The notes under the pieces: generated by a model
The model's input: only the letters and a program-made list of their open reading frames with translations
Database searches by the model: none
Told to the model about the DNA's origin: nothing
NCBI GenBank assembly: GCA_000934665.2
Contig: JYFJ02002687.1
Span: forward strand, 1 to 53,089
Direction of reading: 5' to 3'
Length of the DNA stretch: 53,089 nt
Source of the DNA: Catajapyx aquilonaris
Taxonomy: Eukaryota
In this document: piece by piece, positions 12,493 through 27,012 of the stretch
Layout of the letters: every line of letters begins with the position of its first letter
Numbering within the stretch: position 1 is the stretch's first letter
Translations under genes and position numbers: made by a program

Positions 12493-15400
12493 AGCTGAGA
12501 TGTTCTATTTCAAGACATGGCTCCCTGTGAACCTGAAATTTTCCTTTTCATGGTGTCATCTAATTACGAGTCGTGCCCTTCATCATATTAGCACCACCAG
12601 CAGTGCCAAAGCGTGGTTCAAAAGTCCACGCTCTTCGCTCCACTGCTTCGACTAATTAAACGTTAAACAAATTCAAACACTTCAATGACAACAGGAACTG
12701 CTAATGATTCCCTCCTCTCTGGTCAGAAAAGGTCAGTTCGACTGTAATTACACTTCATTCATTGTACATGACACGTGGCACGGTAGCATTCAAAACCTAC
12801 ACATTCTCATATTGCATCCATGTTGGCATATTAATTTTACGTCCAACTCATTAGTATCCTGTCACATTTCAAAGCAGAAAGCTAATTCCCAATTTTCGTG
12901 TAATAAGTACATAACGGACCCAAAATTCTATGCATTTTAATTCGCAATCGGCCGTAACGCCTCTAATATCAAAAGCACGTTTTATTTTCAGGCCGCCACC
13001 CAACAGCCTTCGCCTCATGCATACTATGGGCTTATTTTGATTGCATTGTGCAGTCTCCCTAGATGTATTCTAATGGTACGCGACGAAAAACCAAACCCCC
13101 CAAGTCTCCTTTTTTTTTCGCCAATCGATGGAGGAGAATCTTCCCAGCCAATTAAAGTTCCCGAATTCTGAGTGGCACAGTAGGATTCAGCATCCACCTC
13201 CACTTCTCCAACTCATTCTTTACGCTTTCAGTCCAGCGAATAATACCAGCGATTTCGACGAGGCCCATGATTAGGTCTGTCCCTTAAAAAGGGGATTTTC
13301 ATCGCGACATCCCAATTGATCTTGCTCCGAACATGCTCTTATACATGGCCAACCCGCAAACCGCAAAATATCTACTCTCCTATATTACAAGTGGTCCACA
13401 ATTACGCTAATTGTTAGCTTTCAACAAAAAATATTCACCTCTCGCTTCATATTTTCAGAAGTGTAATGTAGAAGAAAGTCTGTACAATTATAACGACTCC
13501 ATTAGTGTAAGTCCATCTTAGAAAATGCCCACCGTCTGCCAACTCGTAACTTTTCATGCATTCTTAATCGTGGCCTATTTCGGTGGTAAAAATGGGAGAA
13601 TTAAACTCGCTAGAAATTTAACAACTTCCAGCTACTCCGCGGGCAAAAGCTGTCTACGTCAGCTGGCTTCTTTTTGAAACAGGCCCCCACCAAGCATATC
13701 CCCAACCCGTCTTAAATCAAAATTAGCCCGGAGATACCTTCCAGACACATTTCACTTCCGTTCTCATTACCGTCTTTTCTGCGCTTGCCTGGCACTTGTG
13801 AGAAGTTGCTTTACGCCTTAAATTATTACACCAGCCGCATTGCAACCGAACTGCTTCGTTTACCACAAATAAGACCTGCGGCTTATCATCTCAAGTGGGC
13901 TGGACACTGCCGTACTTTCTAACCAACTTGCAGTATTCCATTAAAATATGAATAAGCATATAGTTGCGCATTGCCTGCAGGAAAAGGGGGTCATCTTTAC
14001 AGATTTCCTGGGTAGAGAAAAGGGATGTCCAATTTTCGCGCCTTCCAATATAACGAAATTCGATGACAAACCCAGCTGAAGCCACCTTAATTGATTGCAG
14101 CGTCGAATTTCACTACATTCGCCACTCAATCTCGGTCAACATATCCAAGGGACTAGAACCATTTTTTCCCCGCCACATTTCATTCAAACAGTAACATTAA
14201 ACCCTCCTTCCAAAAAAAAAAAAAGTCCCACCTCCAACCCTCCTTTCCGGAATTGGACTTCTTAGCACTGACATGAGCCTGGATATGTGCACAGGCGGTG
14301 GTCTAGGCATAGATCATTCCGAAGCTAAACGGACATGGGAAATGGCGAGGGATCGAGTCGCATCGATCCATTTCGCTTTTCAATGGCTGCATTTATGTAG
14401 TTCCCCAGTGTACATCCGCATGGGAAATTCCCTTCTGTCCCACCCTTTTTTTCGGGAAGATTCGGAAAAAAAATATATAATCCGAGTCTGCTCCATTCAA
14501 TATCCAGATATGGATAGAGAAATCAGTCAACACTCCGTCAGCAACTGCAAGCAAGGTTATTTCCGATTACACACATCATATAGGCAGGGTGGAATTCAAT
14601 TATAGATATGCGAACTTTGCGTGATTACTTTTCCATGTAAGCGGGCATTACATCTCGCATTTCCACGCTATGATACATAATTTTTATCAGGACGTGACGC
14701 GCGACACACGAGCATACCGCTGTAAAATATTAGTTCGAGGCAGGCAGTGCACAGCATACATTTCCATAAATCCGGGTGTACCGTTGGGAGGGAGAAAAAA
14801 ATGCAGCATCGATTATGAACGCCCTCAGAGTTGGACAAAATGTGAGTATACTGTGCTTTCAATTTAAAACAGTGCATTTTTAGACGGCACGCGACGAATG
14901 GAACGAAACATGCCCGCTATTATCACTGCTTTTGAAGCAGACACTCCTTTTTCAGCTGTTCGCCGATGCCTATCCTTCAGTCGACACATGTGAAACACAT
15001 CAAATGTGAAAAAAAGACCTGATTACGCCAACTCGAAACTATTTCATTGGGAAGCTATGAAAGCAAAGTCGCGTTTACAAACCACTTCACACAATGAAAA
15101 CCATATTTTGCATTTTCCGTGCATGAACCTGGCGGCGATGACCAATTAATTACAGTCACTAATATCTTCACATATCCAGGAATCATCCCCATACAGAGGA
15201 TAAATCAGGAAATACAATATGGCCATCATGGATATGACGAAGACGATGCCATGTACGAAATTTATATTCCCAGAATATTAACTTTTGCCACGCAAAGTCT
15301 CCTTTTGAGTCATAGCCATTGAAAACCCCCTCGATCAAAGGGTGTCGATAATTTAGGAAAACCCCATCTCGATTCCACCCGTTTACTTCGACGTGACCAG

Positions 15401-18400
15401 AAAGCACGAAAAGTGTTTCACGTCTCCAGGCGCCTATCCCGCCAGAGGTCCAAGCGGCTTCAATGCCAAAATAAGGTCCTCGAGACCAGCGAGAAAGGAA
15501 AATTGAACTGGATTTCGGAGCCGGCACCTTATCGTTTTTCCACAGATAAGCTCTGTATGGAGGAGGGGGATTCAACAATCCCATTGCGACTGATTCCTCA
15601 TTCTACAATGGAAAAGGAACTGCAGGGCAAGTCGGTCGATATCTCCATATTGTCGCTTTTTAAGATACAATATTGCGGAGAAAAGGGAGGTGCCGTGTGT
15701 AAGTAACGACTTCCTAGAAGATTCGGTAACGCCTGAAGCACATACTAATCAGGAAGTGGGGGCGGGAAGGAAAATACACATTTCCGACAAGCCATTCGCA
15801 AAATGTAATTAGATCCCTCGGAAACGGATGTAAAAAAATCGGATTCGTTTTCTAACAAAGTCTGTGGACCAAGAGGAGACAGAAACACAAACAGTGTACA
15901 CCAACTAACATGAATTCGATGTGGCGGGTCATATCTCCTTCATGAGCCTCAAATTTTTAAAAAAGCGATCCAGTTGTCAATATTTGCTTGGGTATACCAG
16001 CGATGGCACTGTTTCAACAAGAAGTTAGCGATTAATGCAAAATTCAAGGCATCGGCAGGTTTCCAAAGCCAAATTGAAACATACCTGCACAGCTGGAGTG
16101 CCTTTGTTCACCAGACCACAGAAAGCCGAGTATAAGCCTGTATCAGTGTATAACTTTGGTTTTGATACTGTGCACTATACACACTCAATGAATATGGTAA
16201 AGCACTCAACCACATCCACGAAATGAAAGATATAGAAATATATGACAAATTGGAAGAAACTGGCCATAACTCGTCAATTCCATGTCAGCAGGATACAGGT
16301 AAATCTCGTCGGTCTGTTTTACGAGGGAAGATTGCAGTTGTGTGTCCTAATGTGAATTGCAAGTGAGTTTATCGAACCTTTTCACTAATTCCCCAAGGTG
16401 GGTCGTTGGATATTTTCCTCATTAGGTGGTAAGAGGATTTGAAATAATGAAGAAAATGCTTCTTCGCGTGTTTAAATGATAAGGTCATCTGAGAAAACTG
16501 AGCTGGATATAATTTATAAGAAGTTGTATGGGAGAAGTCAATGCTGTGGTTACAGTCCTGAACTTCGTCTCTATAAAAACGGAATAAAAGCACGCCAATT
16601 ACAACATTATCTAATGTAAAAGGTACAGGTAAGACTTAAAATGCTAATGGGTAACATTTACAGAATCGACACATTTTTGCATGTAAAAGACGACCAGTTT
16701 CAAACTCAGTTTCTGTTCGCAACCCCAAAAAAGGACTGCCAAGAGCAAGTAATATCAAAGAGTCGTAAGCCTCCAACGGAATTTAAAAAGCTGCAGTGTT
16801 AACATTTCATATGCATGTCCATTTGAGTACATACCATCCATGCCTAATCTATGTACTCGGATTTTTCCCCTTTGCCACCGGAATCCGTTTGATCTTATTT
16901 GCACCTAAAGGACAAATTCGGTTTAGTCAATATATAATGCGCATGGTCTGATAATCCCACCCTCCCATCACCTTAGGCAGCATTCCATTCACCCATGAAT
17001 CACGAGCTGTGAACTCCCACATTATTTGTTGCTATACAACCGTGTGAAGTAAACTCAGCAGATTCTCATAATGTGCGCATTCCATCGTAAACCTGCCTCA
17101 AGTTGGCCTACACACTCCATCAAACCTAGTTCCCATTCACACCCTTTAAAACCTGTTCCAACCCTATCATGAGAGCCCATCCTATATATTTCCACTTCTA
17201 ACTCTCCCCAGCCCCGCCTTACTTTCTGCCATTACAGAGACCAGGAAATGGGGCTTCAATGAAGCTTTTACCAGGGTTGCACCTCCTTTCAGCCCAGCTT
17301 CTTTAGGCCTGCCGCAGATTTCGATCAAAACCTGCCCGGCTCAAACCGATTCATAACCAAGAAAGGAGGAAATCTGTGGCCGAATAAAGGCGAGATTCAC
17401 TCTGGAGGTATAAATACGACACTACATTTTCTTCTTCTTATATAACAAAAAAGTCGTGCAGAACCCTCACCACCTTATTATGTCATGCAAGGTTTCCCAG
17501 ACTCATCCAGGTCTATATCGATCATTTGTTCCCGAGAAGTAGAGCATGCTTACTTCTCAACAGACTCTGCATGTACCTTGGTTGCAAACTACATCCTTGT
17601 CCGTTCCTCGACGACATTGTTTCCTTCGGACAGGCTACCCCCATTACGCCGACGTGCTTTGCCCCTAATCCCATAAATCAAACTGATGAGGCGCCAACGT
17701 AAAACTTTAATCACTTCCTGATTCCGGTCTGCACGAGCTGCCCGGATCGTTTGCCGCTGCTTGACACGATAAGACGTATAAAAGGCTTCATTTGATTTTA
17801 GCTGACCTTTGTTACTATCACCGAATTACTAATATCCCCCCTGCTTATAGGCAGGACGGTAGCAATTTACTTAAATGGTGTTGAAAATCACTTCCTATTC
17901 ATGAATCAACTCCCAAAATCATAACCTGATTCATCGGAATTCTAGCGGACTTTTGCGACATATTTTCAATCAAAATTCTTCGGCACCATTGGGAATAAAA
18001 ACCATATGTCCCATCTGACGGCGGTTGGTCGAGCAATCTCATTCGTCTGAACGGTGGAAAACAGATGGAAATCACATGTGACGGCACCCATGAAAAACAC
18101 GCTGCATGTTGGCCAGCTCCAAAAAAACATTATTTTTTCCCCCCTCTCTCCTCGTCTTCATCATGACACCGCATATACAGTTGAATCATATTACTGCCGG
18201 TACACGATTTACATGTTTCACAAAAACACGCTTCACGACCTCTGTAACCAGCAGTTTCACGGTTGGTCCATAGTAAGCTGGCGATTGCATTTAGTCCCTC
18301 GAACCACGACGGCTATAAATATCGATGCTGCCTCTGACCTTAACATAAAAAATATAAAAATTTCTCGAGCAGTTACTCGACAGCCAGTCGTAATTTCCTT

Positions 18401-21400
18401 TCAGCATTCTCAATTCAGCCTCCTCCTGCTCCATCAGCACTTCCTTCCCCGATTTCATATAAGAATTGGATTATTGAAGAAGAGCAGTGAATCATCAGGC
18501 AACGCAAATGCCACACGCCCCCGTTTATATACGCCACATCCGTTCCACAGAAATCCATAATGCCCTCACTTAATAATCAAGATAATAATTGAAATATTTC
18601 ATTAATGCTCGTATCATCTGCTGAAATCATTTTTTCACATTCGTCAAACTTTTCCCACAGATTTTAAAAAGCACAAAGATTACAAGGTGAGAGACAATAC
18701 CTTCTTACACGAAAGGGAATTTCCGATGGCCATTTTCGAGCTTCTCTCCCGTTTTCGGCTATTATAAGAATTGCAGATTCTTCTGTTCACCATATAAGCG
18801 CCAATTACTCCATCCGTGCCAATCGCTGCGATCTCAACCTTTTTCTTGTGCTAATAAGAACGGAGGGGCCATGCAGCCATACGATAAAGAAAATTAACGA
18901 CTAATTTACTCCGCTGTCTGGCTTCAAATAGCGCATTGCGATCACGAACCTTATAGTTACAATTCTCAGTTCTCTACCGGTTAGGGCCAACTCCCTCGTT
19001 CCAATCACAGGTTTAATTCTCTTTAAAGCAATTAGTTGAACAAAAATAACAGTCATACTTATGGGAAGGCAAGCAACTAGCCAATTCATTAATCGAATTA
19101 ATGCTCGCATCACGCTCCGTAATATTTCCTACAATGTCGCTCATGACTGCGCAACATTACATATACTGTAATAGTACAGTACATAAAAAGGGGGATAAGT
19201 ACCATATTTATACTGTAGCCTACATAAATTTGCGATATAATCCTCAGTTCCAGGATTACCTTAAAGAAGGCAAGCTTTTCTGGAGAAATTAACGCTATAC
19301 ATACTCTATCTCGCCATTTAATTAGAAGACCATACCTGCAGTTCGGATAGATAACACAGTGAAGTGGGTACAATGCTTCCCCGGCTCTCGTATCATTAGG
19401 GTTAAAGCTTCCACCGCAGGTCGTAAATATTTGGTCCCCGTCACAAACCATCCTTCCTGTAACCGTAGCTTTTCGATTATCGCACCACACATAGCTTAGC
19501 CCAGTGATATTAATGGCCTAGCGGCTTTGTATTTACCTAATGTGCTCTCCCCCATCTTTCTGTCCCAACACTACCTAGTCACTCCTTTAATCTCCCCGCT
19601 AATAATGCATAAGCGTGCAGTGATGACTTGACAGCGAAGGGGAGGGTAATTTTGCCCATGCAATATTTGTTAGTCATTATACTGCAACGTATCACTTCGC
19701 TCGAAATTGAATTATCGTCTCATGCAAAGTTCACTCCCGTCACTGCAACGCTGAAAGTTTGGTGATGCATACTGCACAACGATGTTTCGGCCTCGAACCA
19801 TCTAAAGTTACCTTGTCTCACTCTGTTAGCACTTATCGACTGGTCCATACTGTTAGTCAGGGCCACGGTCAGGGATTTCAAAAATCTCCATAGCCTTTTT
19901 TGGGGGGGATTTCAGGGAAATCTGTGCAGTATCCTATCAACTGAGGATTATCCTTGAAGTCAGCTAAGCCATCACTTCAGGTACTCAATTTTCCTGTTAA
20001 TGGCGCCTTCTGGATATTTGCCACAATAATTGCAATTACATGAACAACCCGTAGCAGCTTCCAAACCTCCCATCAACCCCCCCCCCCCTTTTAATTTTAA
20101 TTAAAATGATATAAATCAGCATCTGACTGCCCAATAATTACAAACACCATATGCCGACAACAAGGCTATAAAACCCAAAAATACTGCGTTTTTCCTGGCT
20201 CCAATATGCATCGCTCAAACGTCGAAAGCACCATTTGGCTCATCTGGCGCTTAAGCGATCAGCGTGCCTATATTAACAAATACGGGTGGGGCCATGCGGT
20301 AATCAGAACCTGCCAACTACCACTTTATTAACGTGTCAGTCGCAATAGCCATGTCGAGGGATGGTGGAAAGGGTATAGGGGTATACGAGTAGTAATCCTG
20401 CAGAAGCCCCGATGGTAAGTGAGGGAAAAGGCCTGCCCTAGCTATGCCTTGGGAAGAAGCCTGTCAGACGACAGCTGCACAGGCTTATTTCCCCAAGTTT
20501 TTGGAAGAAGTTCGATGCGGACGTCGCCATGACCTCCATTTGACTGGAACGACCCGGCTCCATAGCCTCGTAAAGTCCGCTAAACTGGCCTGTTTTGCCA
20601 TCCCCTGTTTACCTTATAGCCCTCCTGTTTACCTGTGCCGATGCACCAGGCCTCAGCACTTCTGCAGGACATGAACTCAAATGCGCCTCCCCTGAGGGGA
20701 CCAAATGAAATATCGATGGCTAGTGATATCGGCTCTCGTATACTGAATGGCGCTCGATTTATTAGGTTGGTCACACGATAGTGTCAGGGCGGTTTCGAAG
20801 GTGTTAAAACCACCCTGTTCGGCTAATTGTATGCGGCTCTTCTCCCGGGGCGAAATGACAACAACGCTGCATATCCCTTTATACTGTGCCATGCTATCGC
20901 AGCCCAAAGTTCCGGATTAAGTGGATTCCAAAATATATCACTTTTTGCTGCTAGATTACATTCATGAAGAGGGGAAAAAAATAAAGTAGGACGACCTAAC
21001 CAGCTTATCTGGCATTGTCACTTGCGCAGAAACCATTCTTCAGGTTCAGTAACAACCAACGTCGATTGTGATTATTTTTAGTAAAACGGTTTCCAATGAT
21101 ATTCGACATTTAACGGTTAAGATATTCCCAGACAAAATTACCCTGCCTATACAGTATACTGCCAAAAAGTTCATTCACTTTCGGCTTCATTACGAATTTA
21201 TCATGTTATCCTGAATTTTGAGAGAACAACCCTCGAGTCAGGCGACGCATGCACCACGACATAACCCCCAGCAGGAAGCCATATAATCCACATGCATTAC
21301 AAACTAAAATTAACATGTCGCTATTATTGTAATGAGACCGAAATTGCCCAAATCAACTAGAGTAATTTCGTGCAGAACTATTGCAAGGAATATGTATCCG

Positions 21401-23531
21401 AAAGAAAACGCAAGCCTTGAGCAAGCATTCCTAACAGCACCCCCACGCACCAACTGGTAGGCGTTGATAATAAATTACAGGCTGCCCGAATACATCCAAA
21501 TTGAAAGCGAATGCGACCCCACCCATTATAATTAGTGACCCGCGACCCGCAAAGGGCAGGCAGGGTCGTGTCCCCAAGTCAACGGACGAGAGACGTAAGG
21601 ACCCTAATTGGAGGGTTAGTCAAGTCCTCTTCAACCTGGCATAATAGTGATGGGTTATACCGCCGAAAGCAATTAGGCATCCACTTCCGGGGCGAATCAA
21701 AAGCCCCTCCGAGGCTTTTGCCCCCCACTGAAGCTGGACAATAGGTGATCCGCGTCTGTCCTCGCGCTTGTCACATTCCGTCCGTCCAAAAGGAGGCAAC
21801 TCCTGGACCAGAAACAAGCCCATTGCAAATGCAAAAGCGACGACCATTTGCCCAGGGTACGTGGAGTGCGTTTTGAATAATTAAGGACCCGGTTTCGTAT
21901 GGGATGCAACGCGCCCCGATTTGCAGCCAAGCAAAGTCCGGGACTCCCTGGGCCTTGGTTACCGTAATTAACAACCCCCGCTCCTTGGGTCGCTACACTG
22001 GACCGCTGATTCACTCTCATTGCTGCCCTGACCAAACAATCACGACTTACCCTGCCTGCAGCAGTATCCTTCATCTCTGCTCTGATGTTTCCAAAATCCG
22101 AGGAGTTACGCCGGGGGGACCCAGCTAACAGTGGACCATATAGTTCTACCAAACTTCATCATAGGAATAACAGTATGGTTGATAAGACAAAATAATTTTC
22201 AACATTGATGCAGTCATGTTCGAAGTTTCGTCGGAATGTATATGCAGGAGGTTATGGGCATGCTTGTGCTTCATGGAGCCTTATAAGCTGGTACAATTTT
22301 TAAAATGCGACACCGTGTCTGAGGCGACACTTCCATTCACCAATCATACTCATGATGCAGACTGGCAGCATGTAATGGGCAAAGAAGCCGCGTAAATTGA
22401 TTGGTGCCACGCACTATACGACACGGTTATGGCATCGTGACCAGGGTATATTGCTGTCTATGCGGCTCCTTTTAAAGCTGGCAGTACATAATGCGCATAA
22501 TAATATGCAGTATATCCCTCCCGTTAAATCATAAACAATAATATTACACCATAGTCCACATCAGTCAAATGTTGTTTACGACATTATCCACTGTTTAAAT
22601 TGCATTATCAACATTTTCACAGTTAATTACGCCTACTTCACATAAGTAATGAACAGTGACATTTTGCACATCGCTAATAATTATATTTCTGCATACTTGT
22701 CCGCGATCAAAAAGGCTTCCACGCCACAATATATTGGCCGAATCAATTGGTAAATGTTTGCAAATTGGGTCAGAAAATATACCTCAATGACCCATTCCAC
22801 AGGGAAGGGATTCAAAATGTGCCACAACAGCATACAGTTTTGGCGTTCAAAATGAGTGGCTACGACAAAAAGCGATTACAGTACAAACAGGAATGCATTA
22901 ACTGTAAACAAATCGCGTCAAAGGTATGCCTCAAACATGTCATGCCGCCATTTATTGTCCAGGCCGGTGGTGGCCAAATCAATTATTTTGTCCACATGCC
23001 AAGATTAATGAAATGGCAGTGTGGAACTCGGTTCCTGTAAACAAGTAATCGATCGTGCATGTATATATGATTCCAAGCTGGGTCCTTCTGATTTCCGCGA
23101 ATTCGGACTTGCATGCCGAAACGAATGCTGGTGTTAAACTGACTGTCTTTTCAATCGGAAGGAGCTTATTTAGGATTGAACGACACCGTCTCCCCAACTT
23201 TGAAGCAAAACGCCTTAAATCCATAATGAAAGCCCGGCTACAGAACCCTTCAATGAATGGAACCGCCCGCTCATTGCACCAGGAATAGATCTGGGCATAG
23301 AGTTAGTCAAAGGAAAATTAGACAGAAGAGTCTGAAGAGCCACTCTCTCAACTCTGATCCATTCTCCGAGAGGCAGGCTCGGATTGGAAGGATAAGGGGA
23401 TCATGTGCACTAATTAGCTTTTCTGATACAATCCATTTTTGAACTGATCCTCACTTTGTGGTCATTCCACCGTGACTATTACACCATTGCAGCCGTTCAT
23501 CTCCGGAGGATTATAGACGCTGAGAGTGGTA

Positions 23532-23800
23532 CAGTGTTGGACATTAATCGCGTCATACTGCTTGCGACATTTTCCGATGCGGCAGAAGTGCAAATCGAAG
23601 CCGTGCGAGTAAGAAGAGGTAGGCCTTGAGTGACGTCACCGGCTGGGGGGCAATGGAGAAAAGCTTGTCCCCCAGCCAGTGACGTCACCCAAGGGCTACC
23701 ATTTATTACTCGCACGACTCGCACTCTATCACTTCAATTTGCACATCTGCCGCATCCGAAAATGTCTCTAGCAGTATGACGGAATTTATGTCCAGCACTG
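23532..23800. mobile_element. Degenerate fold-back MITE (Tc1/mariner-type, TA-flanked)
   Basis: TA|CAGTGTTGGACAT...ATGTCCAGCACTG|TA; arms imperfectly complementary over >100 bp (e.g. GTGACGTCACCGGCTGGGGG / CCCCCAGCCAGTGACGTCAC). Confidence 0.75.
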
Positions 23801-26800
23801 TACTACTGCATCAAATTTGCCAAACAGTGTTCAATGGTCACTTATACTGCAAAATACTATCTCCCCGAGGCCCCCGAGGCATTTTACGATCCTTGGCCTT
23901 ATCGTGGCTTGTTCTTATCCACTGACTCCTAAGTGGGTTCCGCTCTGCAGCAGACTGCTAATGACAAAAATTCGAAGCCATACATGGTCTGCCCCAGGAA
24001 AGAAGAAAACGAGCTTCTGGAAAGAAAAGATGGGGGTCCCAGTAATAAAAACAACAAGTGGCTTCGACTCCAAAAAGATTAAGAACCATGACTCTATAAT
24101 CGATCTTCCCTTCTTATACCAGGCTTTTTAATCACGCTCTCAAGCGACTTAATGTTACCCGTAAAATTTCCACGTTTTCTCAACACCAGTCCCGAAGAAA
24201 AGGTTCCGGGTATAAGACCCGGAAAAGGTAAAAGGGCTCCACCTAATCTGCAACGTCAAGAGAGAGAAAAAGCGAAGGTGGGCGAGAGAATCAGAAGGGG
24301 TCCCTGTGCGATGAATGAGAGAATTAAAGGTTTAAGAGCAGCTTAAGAGCTTTTTCTGCTCTCTAATTAAGCCGGCTCCTTCAGTAGCAAATCCCAAATA
24401 GAAAGTAATGGTGTGCAAGTTGACGATTAAGAACATAGGTACTGAATCTTCCGGAGACGGGAAGGTGCTGGAGGAAGAGATGGAGAGGGCAATGTGACTG
24501 TCGACACCAGGTGAAGCACGGCCTGGGAAATCTTACCCAGGCTCTCGCAGGGAGCTAATGGCATTCGCCAAAAGACCTGTCGTCTCCAATAAATTTAAAA
24601 GCGCATTTGAATCTACATGTCAAGACCCTTTCACCGATGAAGTCCCTCATATTACTGGTATTCTGCTGGGAAATCAATAGCCGGACCAGAAACTTCATAT
24701 CATTATGATTTCACATATGTAAAAATCGTTCCCAAATAATGCGACATAATTCCGATAGCTTTGTCTCGAATCAGAATGGGACAGCCCGCTGTCATCTAGT
24801 TACCGACATGATCCGCTGGAATGCCAACCAAACTACATTTACTCCTATGATGACCTGGAATGCGCATTATAATGCCATTTCCGGGCATAAATGATGTGTG
24901 GTGGAATATCGGCGTCATCTATACTGAATAGTCACGTCCTTTTTGTCGCCCTGAGGGAACCGTGGGCTATAGTGGGTCACCAAGTACAGCGGCATACCAC
25001 ATGCTTCTGGTCACCCATCGATTTTTAGAGCGAAATGGGTGCATCCTTGCCTGGGGTGCCCTATAGTATATGACTGAGAATCGTTGACATTTTTTAAAAA
25101 ATTATATGTGGGAAAATGCCGTCACTGCTGCAACATTTTCTCAACGTTCATTTACGCGCCACAATTTTGCAAAACACAATATACTGCAGGCTATTATTTA
25201 GTTCAGGCTTGCTCGACGTTCCCAGTATGAGAATTGTAGCAGGTTGTTCGGGATGAATGAATTCCGCCGCAAAGCCCCTTTTAAGCTGGAACAACATACC
25301 TTACCATTTTCAAGTAGATTCCAACCAGACAGACCTTAGGTAAATATTTCACTAAGGATAACAAAAAGGTAAAACTTAATGGCAGGTTTCAGCTATGCAA
25401 ATACAAGTTATGCAAAGTATATATTATATTCGCAATTCAAAATTCACAGAATAAAAGGTTTTCTCTACCACACCCTCACATAAAAGGATGCATAGAGCAG
25501 TCTCAAATCCGTGGTAGATAATACCACCGACTCAATGCGACTACGTCTTTATATCATTTCTGTCACTCACGGCTGGAAGAGTACTGCTGGGGTGCCTTTT
25601 GTGGCAGAAGGGTGGGAACGGGGTGGGAAGATGGATAAGTCCTTGTCATATGATCGATTCCACTTTTCACTTTTACACACCTGTCATGAAAGCCTCCCAA
25701 CCCCGTGTTCATTTTCTCCTTAATAGTCCTCGAGTGTGCAAAGCATGCTCTTATCAACACAAAATGGTCCTGTGTCCCATTCCATGCTCGGGCTTGATCA
25801 AATCAATCTCGTCGTGTTTAAGTTACCTTTGTATCCGTTACACACACGTATCGCTAGTAATAAATTGCAAGGCTGTAAAAAACATACACTTCATGTATTC
25901 ACAGTTGCCATTCGAGCCTTGCAACAGTTAATAAAAATGCCAGAGTGAATTCTTGTAAAATGTTAGTTGAAAAGGTTCATTACATTTCAATCATTTAAAC
26001 GACAAGCTACATTTTGCAATTATATTACACTGTGGTGTTTTCAATTACTGCGGCACTTCACCATGAGATATGCTTATGTTAATTGGATGGCCTTTGTTTC
26101 CACACCAGCATGTATTAATATTAATAAATTCGTTACAACAGCAGTTACGAATTGCAACTACCCCATTAAATTGTTGTATTACATTATTTGAATGATTTTC
26201 CACCCTCGAATAATCACACCACACTGGTGGAACAAATGTGAACAAAGTGTACTACCGATGCCGCCAATTAGCATCGCCATCGTGCGTAAAATTGAACATT
26301 TGTTGAACACAATTTCCCCGAACAGCAGGCCAGGGGATTTATGATCCATCAATAGGTCTGAAAGTAGCTAGCTCCGGCAGCGCATCCATCGCGTGCGCCC
26401 TACTGAACCACCCCCGCATGCAGAAACTTTCGCCAAAGAAAACCAACACCCACCAAATTTTACGACAAAATCCCCGATTTCAATTCCCTTTTCCTTCCCT
26501 TTGAAGCGTTCCGCTCAGGACGAACAGAATCGGAAACTTCTGGCTGCAGGAAAGTTGGTCTCCCGAGGAACACTGCCACAGGAAAACCTCTGGGGACCTC
26601 CAGAACCATACACCCCCCTTGCACCATTTCCCTCTTCATGTTTAGTGTACAGGGTGCTCCGAAAGTATCATACGATGCATGTAAGACTCTCGCTGACCAT
26701 CCAGATTTCCGACACACCCTGTATGCAACCCCATCTTGTCTTCGCTCCCTCCCCTAGTAGCCAAATGTAATCGCCGTGCTTTCCACGCTTTTTCCACCCC

Positions 26801-26970
26801 CCAACTTCGCCCAATTGGAGCCAACTATGTCCACTTTGGCCCTGTTTATAGCGCTTCGCTGTATGGCAAGGGTCCCGGCCACCGTGCCTGCAATTGCCAC
26901 GAGCTTGTCTCCATTCAAGGTGCCACCTTCCCTGGGCTCTCACCACATCGACCAAGCGGGTTGGTGCAGG

Positions 26971-27010
<40 letters not shown>
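26971..27010 (+). repeat. Poly(A)40 tract
   Basis: 40 consecutive A. Confidence 0.95.

Positions 27011-27012
<2 letters not shown>

Noticed and set aside
17683..17706. Hammerhead-like CTGATGA...AAAAC
   Set aside because: Lacks the GAAA core after stem II and has no convincing stems I/III; a similar degenerate motif on - near 19775-19808 lacks CUGANGA.
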